From Octopus vulgaris (lineage: Eukaryota): a stretch of 64,000 nucleotides of DNA. The position numbers and the translations under genes are program-made. The notes beneath the pieces were generated by a model. The model saw only the letters and a list, made by a program, of their open reading frames with translations. It did not search any database and was not told the origin of the DNA. Location of the stretch: NCBI GenBank assembly GCA_951406725.2, contig OX597827.1, forward strand, positions 3,472,001 through 3,536,000, read 5' to 3'. This document shows, in pieces, positions 54,164 through 64,000 of this stretch (the first letter of the stretch is position 1; the number at the start of each line of letters is the position of its first letter).

Positions 54164-56020
54164 CCATGTATGTAAGTAAAAAGAACCCGTTTGGTCACAA
54201 ATAACTATGAGATAGCATGTAGAAAGATCCCCTCTGAGGAACAAGTCTGAGCAAGATGATTTGTGGAAGATCAGCAGTGACCCACGAGTACCGGTCCCCC
54301 ACCTCCGCACACCACTAATGTAACCCAAAGGAAAAGCAAAGGCTGATACAGCTTGGCCCCTGTAATGTTGAGTCAACTGGAGCAACATGAAATAAAGGGT
54401 CTTGTTCAAGACCACAACACATGGCCAGTGCAGGAATTGAACTCATAACCACATGATTGCAACTCCAATGCTCTAACCACTGAGCCATGTTCCTTCATTG
54501 TATACAAATATGTATGTATGAATATGTAGGTATATATATATATATATATATATATGGGGGGAGAGAGAGCGAGAGAGAGAGGAATGTATATATGTATAAG
54601 ATACATATGTTTTTGCATTTGTTTGGCAAGTTTATTGAAGTGAAATGCATTGAAACAGACGTATCATAAAGGGTCATTTTGTCAATGACTGTACACAAGT
54701 ATATACACTGGTTCTATTTCAATTTTTTCTTTTATTATAAGTCCATTAGTTATCTAATTAATCAATTACATAACTGATTTCATTACTAACCACTTGATCA
54801 ATCAATCAATCAATCATCTGGTTAGTCACAGCCCTTTTGTCACCTCTCACAATATCCAGTTAGGATACATTGTGACGGACATGAAGCAAAAAGGGCCCAG
54901 CACATCATTGATATAAATTTGTGAATAGCAACAAAAGGACTCTAAAAACCATCTGACTAATTAATGATTAGTCAAGCAATTGATTAGTTAATTGGTTAAT
55001 TTCTTAACTTGATTACTTGTAATAATAATGAAGAAGCAAAATAGAACCAGTACATGTATTTTTCTTGGCAAAAAGACCCATTCAAGATACATAAGTAATC
55101 ACACACACACACAAACACACACATATTCTCATTACTGCCATCATAATCATCATCAAAATCATAATTTAAAATCTGCTTTTCCTGCTAGCATGAGTTGGAC
55201 AAGTCATTTGTACTTGATTGTATGTTTCATTTTTGTCTTGGTTTCTGTGGTTGGATGTCCTTACACCACCAACTATTTTATGTTATATACTTTACTGCAT
55301 GCAAATTTTCATGACACTAGCCCACCTGTAAGGTTGTTATGTCTTGACAAGACTAAAGGATCTTCACAATCATACACTTATCAGACTGTAATGAGTGCAT
55401 CTTACCATAGCACCTGCACTAAAAGGGATAGGGGCTGACAGAGTGATGGATAGCAAGAAATGGAAAACAGAAAGGGTGGATAATGGATGTCAATACGAAA
55501 AACCAGTGCAAAATATAGGTAGAGTGTATGAAGTACACTCTTTGCTTCTTGTACTCTACCTATACTCCTTTAAGTTCTTTAAGTATATACCTCAAAGCAG
55601 TGAGAGATAGGATGATAAGGATGAGAGAGAAAATGGTAGAATGTTGAAGAAAGAGTAAGACAGGTCAGATGTGTATGTAAATATCATCATCATCAACCTT
55701 TAACATCTATTTTCCATGCTGACATGGGTTGGACAGTTTGACAGGAACTGGCAAGGCCAGGGCCTACACCAGATCCCATAATGAATATATTTATATATCT
55801 ATATATTTATAAAACAGAGCTAATAGTGGGGGATTATCAATCAGGACAAAATACTTCATAAGCTCTCCATTGGCACACCAGGCCAACAATGTTAATTAGA
55901 TTAGTGAGGAACTCCAGGTATTCTTATGGCAGTGTCCAAGGTTTATGGTTCATCACAATTCTATATTGTAAATCCATGGGTGGGCTCCACACATGCTGGT
56001 TTTTACAAAGAGTGATAAAT

Positions 56021-56188
56021 AAAAAACAAATTAAAAATAATGGTCATTACATATTTTTCCTTTATCGGAGCAAATTTGAATAAACCAATCAGTATCGTAT
56101 CCATAATGATTACTGGAAACAACTGCATGACAGATTTGCTCCAATAAAGGAAAAGCATGCAATGACCATTATTTTTAACTTGTTTTTT
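56021..56188. repeat. 168-bp foldback/MITE with 58-bp arms
   Basis: 56021-56078 vs 56131-56188, 6 mismatches, all transitions. Confidence 0.85.
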
Positions 56189-56227
56189 TTTTTTTTATAT
56201 ATCCTTACCTCTCTCTATATATACATA

Positions 56228-57284
56228 TAGGGTGTCCCAGAAGTCATTGATGGGTTTTAATTTTTAATAACTTCCTTAACTTTACAAATAAAGGCATGAA
56301 ATTTTGATATAATATAAAGGACATAATGTAAATTAATATGCACAAGTAAAATTTGCAACACCACGACATCAAATATGAAAAATGATATTGTTTAAATGGC
56401 AGCCATTTTCGGTTTTGCATGCACATACTCTTTCAAAACTTGCACCATAACACCCTCAAGAGTTTTAGACACCACTTCTCTGATTTCTCTATTGATGGTC
56501 TCCTTCAGCTGCACCAAGGTCTCCAGCCTGTATCCCCACACGAATAAATCCAGGCTAGTCAAGTCTGGGGAATGTGAAGGCCATTGTTCCAGCAAGATGA
56601 AGCAACTGCTCATACCACAAGAGAAACAATGCAGTTGCTATGGAGAGAGAATAATCTCCTGCCATGGCAATGTCAACTGGCCTTCATGTACTCCAGACTT
56701 GACTAGCCCAGATTTTTTCTTGTGGGGATACCTGAAAGAGAGGGTTTACATCAACAAACTGGAGACCCTGGTGCAACTGAAGGAGAACATCAAATGAGAA
56801 ATCAGAGAAGTGGGGTCTGAAACTCTTGAGGGTGTTATTGTGCAAATTTTGGAAAGAACATGGGCATGCAAAGCCGAAAATGGCTGCCATTTAACCTTTT
56901 GTTGCCGTATCTATCTTGAGATGCTCTGTGTTTCTTTCAATTAATTTTAAATATAACAAAGAATTTAGTAAAATAACTTAGTTATCACCAAGCTGTTGTT
57001 AGGAACATAAATTGTGACTAAGGTTTGGTGGAAGACTTTCATTCAAAACTTATGAAAACAAGACATTTGTACTACAGAGCCATAGGCGGTTTCAGCTGGG
57101 TTAGTATCAAAAGGGCTAAGCAATGTCATTTTCCATATGTGATGTAGTTGTGTTACAAAATTTGACTTGTGCATATTAATTTCCATTATGTCCTTTATAT
57201 CGTAACAAAATTTCCTACATCTATCTGTAAAGTTAAAGAAGTTATTAAAAATTAGAACCCATCAGTGACTTTTGGAACAACCTG
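56228..57284. mobile_element. Palindromic Tc1/mariner derivative built from two inverted 3' halves
   Basis: TA-flanked. Both arms encode WPS(H/C)(S/T)PDLTS(L/P)D(L/F)F(V/L)WGY...LETLVQLKE, on opposite strands. Confidence 0.9.
56895..57115. mobile_element. piggyBac-like MITE nested in the foldback element
   Basis: TTAA|CCTTTTG...CAAAAGGG|CTAA. The mirror arm shows the empty TTAA site. Confidence 0.85.
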
Positions 57285-57632
57285 TATATATATATATTAT
57301 CATAATATATAAGTATGTATATCTGGTTATAATGTGTCATCTAGAGTATTCAGCTTCTAGTTTTAGATGCATTGAAAAAACACACGAGTATACTCTGTAA
57401 AATGGTTGGCATTCAGAAGAGTATCCACCCACAGAGTCGAAGCCAAATGACACATAGAAGCACCAAGTTTTCGAGAGCAGCAGTTCTTAATGGGAGGTAG
57501 ATCAGATCGTAATGATCTGTCCAGCACAGAAAGTGGATGTAAAATGATGATGAAAAATATATTTATATATATGCATATACATGTACATATCCATATATGC
57601 ACACACATACTTATGTGTACAGACACATACAT

Positions 57633-58048
57633 AGGCGCAGGAGTGGCTGTGTGGTAAGTAGCTTGTTTACCAACCACATGGTTCCGGGTTCAGTCCCACT
57701 GCGTGGCACCTTGGGCAGGTGTCTTCTACTATAGCCTCAGGCTGACCAAAGCCTTGTGAGTGGATTTGGCAGACGGAAACTGAAAGAAGCCCATCGTATA
57801 TATGTATATATATGCGTGTGTGTGTTTGTGTGTCTGTGTTTGTTCCCCTAGCATTGCTTGACAACCGATGCTGGTGTGTTTATGTCCCCGTTACTTAGCG
57901 GTTCGGCAAAAGAGACCGATAGAATAAGTCTTACAAAAGAATAAGGCTTACAAAAGAATAAGTCCCGGTGTCGAGTTGCTCAACTAAAGGCGGCGCTCCA
58001 GCATGGCCGCAGTCAAATGACTGAAACAAGTAAAAGAGTAAAGAGTAA
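57633..58048 (+). mobile_element. Family B SINE, full length, young
   Basis: tRNA-like head, CORE-like domain, internal (TA)/(TG) tract, (AAAGAGT)n tail, CpGs retained. Confidence 0.92.
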
Positions 58049-58234
58049 GCGTATACAGAGATGTATGCACACATAAAAGGAAAAGAACAGAAGCAGCAGA
58101 ATTCAACTCCAGAAACATTAGGCTCCAAAATAATTCTTTGAAACAAATCTAATCTAGTTTTCTCTTTTCCGTTGTCTGCCCATATGCTTCAAGCAGAAAT
58201 AGTGATACACACATTTTTACACACACACACGTGT

Positions 58235-58271
<37 letters not shown>

Positions 58272-58979
58272 AAAACAATGAGAGAAGGATAAAAATGGAT
58301 GTGTGTGTGTGCTTGTATATAGATGCATATATATATATATAAACGCATGTGTGTGTGTATGATATATTATGGTAAACAAGTTTATATTATTAGATCCTAC
58401 ACCCGTTTCACAATTATGGTTAGCCTAGAACCTTGCACTGGGCTTCCAAGTGCATTTAGATGCTTAACCAGAATGGATCATCAGGGAACACTTTATTGCA
58501 TTAAGTTACACAGAACTAATACTTATAGATATGTAGGAGAGATAGAGAGAGAGAAAAATGCAATAAACAGGATGGTGTTTTACAGCTGGATGCCCTTCTT
58601 ATTACTAACTACACAACCATAATGTAAATCACAAACCAGTTAATTCCTGTTTCTCTAGTTAGATCAACATTGCATTGTCAACATACTGAACACATTGCCC
58701 AGAGCAATATTTAAGCTTCTGACCGTGTTATTAGAAATCTAGCATTAACCAAAGAGCTATTGTATCTATAATAATGTTTCCTCACATAGGTAACCTAATG
58801 AGGTTACTAGTTTTGGGGATGTTTAGGAAGGAAGTGTGGTCAATGGTTGTCTTTGCTATTCAATGAGTATTTCAAGTTACTGACTTTGAAAGAAAGAAAA
58901 AGAAAAAGACAGCCTCAGTCGGATTTGAACTAAGAGCATGGAATATTGTAAATATATACCACAAAACATATTCTGTCCA

Positions 58980-59216
58980 CAAAAACACCATTTGAGCATG
59001 GCTGTTGCCAGTACAGCATGACTGGCCCTTATGTTGGGAGCACGTAAAAGCACCCACTACACTCTCAGAGTGGTTGGCATTAGGAAGGGCATCCAGCTGT
59101 AGAAACTCTGCCAGATCAAGATTGGAGCCTGGTGCTGCCATCTGGTTCGCCAGTCCTCAGTCAAATCATCCAACCCATGCTAGCATGGAAAGCAGATGTT
59201 AAACGATGATGATGAT
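58980..59216 (+). mobile_element. Family C (RTE tail) element
   Basis: GGTTGGCATTAGGAAGGGCATCCAGC motif and GAT tail. Confidence 0.85.
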
Positions 59217-59269
59217 CATCATGAATTCAACTGATTCTGCAAACTGCTGCCCATAATAATAATAATAAT

Positions 59270-59935
59270 AATGATTTCAAATTTTGGTACAGACAGCAGT
59301 TTGGGGTGATGGACTGGGGACTGGGTTAAGTTGATTACAAAAGTCCCAAGTGCTCCACTGGTATCTATTTTATTGACTCTGGAAGGTTAAAAGCAAAGTC
59401 AACCTCAGTGGAATTTGAATTCAGAATATGAATAGTCAGAAGAATTGCCATTAAGTATTTGTCTGGATGCACTAAAGATTCTGCTAGCACACTGTTCCAT
59501 AGTAATAATCCTTTCATTTATAGGCACAAGGCCTGAAATTTGGGGAGTGGGGGATAGTTGATTACATCAACCCCAGTACTCAACTGATACTTATTTCATC
59601 AACCCCGAAAGGATGAAAGGTAAGGTTGACCTTGGCAGAATTTGAACTCAGGATATAAAAGCGGACCAAACACCACTAAGCATTTTACCCAACATACTAA
59701 CGATTCTGCCAGCTCACCGCCTAAATAATAATAATAATAATAATAATGGTTTCAAATTTTGGCCCAAGGCCAGCAATTTTGAGGGAAGGGGTTAGTTAAC
59801 TACATCAAACCCAGTACTCAACAGATGCTTATTTGACTGACCCTGAAAAGATGACAAGTCTAACCTGGCAGCATTTGAACTCAGAAATTCAAGTTGAACG
59901 AAATACTGCAAATTGTCCAATACCAGCTCATTGTC
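59270..59935 (-). mobile_element. Three tandem family A SINEs separated by (AAT)n
   Basis: Three GAATTTGAA(C/T)TCAG-type B-box reverse complements at ~59410, ~59640 and ~59875. Confidence 0.85.
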
Positions 59936-59984
59936 CAATAATAATAATAATAATATTAATGATGATAATAAATCATAGCAGCCC

Positions 59985-60570
59985 AGGATCAATGCCTACC
60001 TACATGAAGCTAACCCTAACCCTAACATCTCAAAGAATGGCAGTAGCCCAACATGTGTATGTAAACAACAGGCTGAAACCTTTAATCATGTTGTCTCCAT
60101 GTGCAGCCTTCTTTCACCTCCAGAGTATCTCAACTGGCATGATGGAACTGCACAGTATAGTCACTGGGTAATTTGTAAAGACCTGGACCTCTCCCATGAT
60201 AAAAGATGGTGGGAACAGTGCTTGAAAAGGATCACATTTCACTCCTTTGGAACTTAACTGTTCAAACTGACAGAAAGATAGATGCAAATATGCTAGTCGT
60301 TATATAGAAGGATTTTGGATAAAAATCATACCTATTCATTGATATGACTGTCCCAATCGACATAAATGCATATGTCACAACCTACCAAAAACTGAGCAAA
60401 TATAAAGATCTTGAAATAGAAATTAGTAAAATGTGGAACCTCAAGACAACAACTGTTGTCATAGGTGCCCTAGGAATGATAGCAAAAGGGGCTGCTTGTT
60501 ACCTGTCTCAGATACCAGGAAATTCAAAAAATAGTGCACATATGAACTGATCATATCCTCTGAAAAATAT
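59985..60570 (+). mobile_element. R4/Dong-clade non-LTR retrotransposon 3' fragment (CCHC knuckle + restriction-like endonuclease)
   Basis: CKQQAETFNHVVSMC...HDGTAQYSHWVIC...LLWNLTVQTDRKIDAN...FIDMTVP...KLSKYKDLEIEISKMW...VVIGALG. Confidence 0.85.
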
Positions 60571-62225
60571 TGTCTATGTGATTCCAAAGACATTTTAATC
60601 AGGTAAACATACAAAGATTCATTTCTCTACCAAATCCACTCGCAAATTTTTTGGTTGACTCAGGGCCACAGTATAAGACATTTGCTAAGTTCCATGCATT
60701 GTTATAGAACTGAACCAAAATCACATAGTTTGGGAGCAAACTTCTTAACCACATAGTCATCATAGTTAATTAACTCTGGAATAATGAAATGTAACGAATG
60801 GTGTTATAACTAAATACTGCAAGTGTAGTGTTTGACTGCCTTACTGATTATGAATACGTCCCTTTGTCACTTCCATTATAGCTTTGAAGAAATAACTTAA
60901 AATCAAATTGCACTCTTCAAAACTTGCACTAAGAATAAGCACAAGGTAAAATTACTACCTGCTTTTATAGCAAGTTGATGCAGGTAGTTTATCGCATACT
61001 CCTCCGACTTTTAGTTCATGCAATTGCAAAAACAGCATTATTTATGGGATGACCCAATATATACATGCATGTTTGTGTGTGTGTGTGTGTGTGTATTGTG
61101 TGGGTGGGGGGGTGTATTGTGTGGGTGTGTGCTTGCCACAATTTGAGCTAAACAGTAGTGATGTCTACATTTTGAACTGACATTACGACTTCTTACACTG
61201 CACTTTTGGACGATGGAATATAAAAAAAAAATGCTCACCTGAAACAGGTGAGGGTTGGTGACAGGAAGAGCATCCTGCTTTAAAATCCTGCCTCAAAACC
61301 AATTCTTGTCCAGCACAGAAAAATAAACATCAAATGAAGGAACAATGAACATTTCTCTTCATCCATGAGACCAAGGGACCAATGAGTGGAGAAGGGAGGA
61401 TTATCTGGTGGTTGACGAGGGCAGCCAATGTAAACATTTTAGTTAAGATGACAGTATTAAAGATGAGAGATGAATAGCAATTTAGTCCCTTTGCTCCAAT
61501 TCCAGTAGTGTTACCCTCATATTGCCCATGTCCATTTAAGCCCTACAAACCATAATTTTCATCTTTCTTACAAAAAATGTCATTCACTTATAGTCCACCT
61601 TCATTCATAATCGTTTACTTGTTTTAGACAATGGACTGTGGCCATACTGGAACATTGCTTTAAAGAGTTTAGTTGAAAATCGACCCCAGTACAGAGTTTT
61701 CTTGTTTTAAGCCCGATACTTATTCTGTCAGTCTCTTTTGCCAAAACACTAAGTTACTGGCATGTAGACATTTCAACACCAGTTGGACAAACACAAACAT
61801 AGATGTGTGCATGCATGCACACACACACACACACATACACACATGTGAATGTGTGTATACAACAAGCTTCAACACAATTCCTGCCTTTCAAGCCTACTCA
61901 CAAGACTATGGTCAGCCCAGACCTATAATAAGAGACACTTGCCCAAGGTGCCACACAGTGGGACTGAACCAAAAACCATAGGGTTGGGAAGCAAGCTTTT
62001 CAACCACACGGACACGCTTGTGTCTATCCTTGTTTTTCCAGAACGGAAGTCAAATTGCTATAATCTATGAATAAGAACAAATGCCAACCAAATTAATTTT
62101 TCCTTAGCATAATCCGCTTTCTCCAAAAATTCCCACAGAAAAGAAATAATAAAAAAAGAAAAAGAAACGCACCTAAAGATAATGTTTGGTAATACACTAA
62201 ATTGCAGATCTCAGCATAAATATAT

Positions 62226-62640
62226 ACTCTTTACTCTTTTTACTCTTTTACTTGTTTCAGTCATTTGACTGCGGCCATGCTGGAGCACCGCCTTTTAATC
62301 GAGCAACTCGACCCCGGAACTTATTCTTTTTGTAAGCCTAGTACTTATTCTATCGGTCTCTTTTTGCCGAACCGCTAAGTAACGGGGACATAAACAAACC
62401 AGCTTCGGTTGTCAAGCAATGCTAGGGGGACAAACACACAAACAAACACACATACATATATATATATACATATATACGACAGGCTTCTTTCAGTTTCCGT
62501 CTACCAAATCCACTCACAAGGCATTGGTCAGCCCGGGGCTATAGCAGAAGACACTTGCCCAAGATGCCACGCAGTGGGACTGAACCCAGAACCATGTGGT
62601 TGGTTAGCAAGCTACTTACCACACAGCCACTCCTGCGCCT
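62226..62640 (-). mobile_element. Family B SINE, full length, young
   Basis: Reverse complement of 57633-58048; 12 mismatches in the first 170 nt by hand count. Confidence 0.92.
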
Positions 62641-63181
62641 ATCTCAATATCTAATACTAAATATATGATTTTTCAATAACAAAATTTAAATCTAACAATA
62701 GAATCAGTGAAAAAATAGGAAATAAAGACAACAAAAATGAATAAAGAGATATTATCTTATCAGTGTCTCATGAAAACAACAATAACAGCTGATGTTTTAA
62801 GCAAGACACACACCTCTACTCAATCAGGGTTCAGAGACGTGTTTTTATATTTTAATAACAATATCAGAAAATTTTTAAAAAACAAGCATGAAAAAATTAT
62901 TTCATGGAAGAAGTGCTATAGCATGGTCACGCTCAATTGGTTGTAATGTGTGAAAGAGGAAAAGCAAATAACCAAGAGAGTACCACCATTATATTCCAGT
63001 GAATAATTTCACTTTAAGAAATTAGTTTGGATAAGAATGAAATTTTAGCAAATAGTTTCGGTTGATCTGATTCCAGCTGTGACAGAGCATTTGCATAAAT
63101 GTCATTACATTATCAGTGCCGCTTCCACATGACGTTACCATGCTGGCAACACACACACACAGACATGCATATGTGTGTGTG

Positions 63182-63225
<44 letters not shown>

Positions 63226-63672
63226 TGTATCTAAGAATCCAAGCACACAAATATACAGACACATATAAATAGATACAGAATGATATACACATGTGCCTAC
63301 ATAGACACACAATTGTATAGACATACATAATATATTTATATACACAGGCAAACACACACACACATATATATATGTATATCTTTGCATGTGATATATATAT
63401 GTACATATGTATATTCATATATACATACATATATATATACACACACACACATGTACATACATATATTTACATGTGTGTGCATATGTGCATATGAATATTA
63501 TATATTTGCAAAAACATACATGTCTATGCATCACAAGACAAAAGTCAACAAATAACATACAATTTATATATACTTTATATAAAATTATACATATATATAT
63601 ACACACACACACACACATATGTATAATATATATATATCATATACATATATACATATGTATATAAATATATAT

Positions 63673-63709
<37 letters not shown>

Positions 63710-63715
63710 GTGTAT

Positions 63716-64000
63716 AGGTGCAGGCATGGCTGTGTGATAAGAAGTTTGCTTCCCAACCACATGCATTGGGGTTCAGTTCATTTGCATGCTACCTTTGGCA
63801 AGTGTCTTCTTCTATAGCCTCAGGCCAACAAAAGCCTTGTGAGTGGATTGAGTAGAAAAACTGAAACAAGCCTGTCATATATATATATGTGTGTGTGTGT
63901 TTGTCCTCTAAATATCACTTGTCCACTGATGTTGGTGCATTTACATCTCCCATAACTTAGCAGTTCAGCAAAACTGACTGATAGAGTAAGCACTGGGCTT
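63716..64000 (+). mobile_element. Family B SINE (runs off the window end)
   Basis: Same head and core motifs as the other copies. Confidence 0.85.

Noticed and set aside
60954-60988. ACTACCTGC/GCAGGTAGT hairpin reminiscent of let-7/miR-196
   Set aside because: A 9-bp stem is too short for a pre-miRNA and there is no full mature-sequence match.

Overview
AT-rich, microsatellite- and transposon-saturated animal DNA, most likely octopus (coleoid cephalopod). That assignment is inferred from the protocadherin type and the SINE/LINE landscape, not from a database search. The only host gene I can support is a minus-strand protocadherin. One large exon (acceptor at 38060, ATG at 37915, phase-0 donor at 35518) encodes the signal peptide, six cadherin repeats, the TM helix and the start of the cytoplasmic tail; its other exons were not confidently located. 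Everything else is repeats: at least four SINE families, RTE and R4/Dong LINE fossils, mariner/maT/hAT/piggyBac/Helitron remnants, several long palindromes and many simple repeats. Most short ORFs in the track are microsatellite artefacts. The most unusual object is a ~450-bp palindrome at 23.9-24.4 kb whose arms each carry a tRNA-like Pol III head and a Penelope-type minimal hammerhead-ribozyme fold; two other hammerhead-like repeat types occur at ~9 kb and ~15.2 kb. Also notable are a near-perfect 100-bp hairpin at 18.9-19.1 kb, a degenerate EC3-EC4 calcium site in the protocadherin, a (TA)n-dependent uORF just upstream of its ATG, and a strong strand bias of one SINE family. Boundaries of degenerate repeats are approximate, and all alignments and counts were done by eye.
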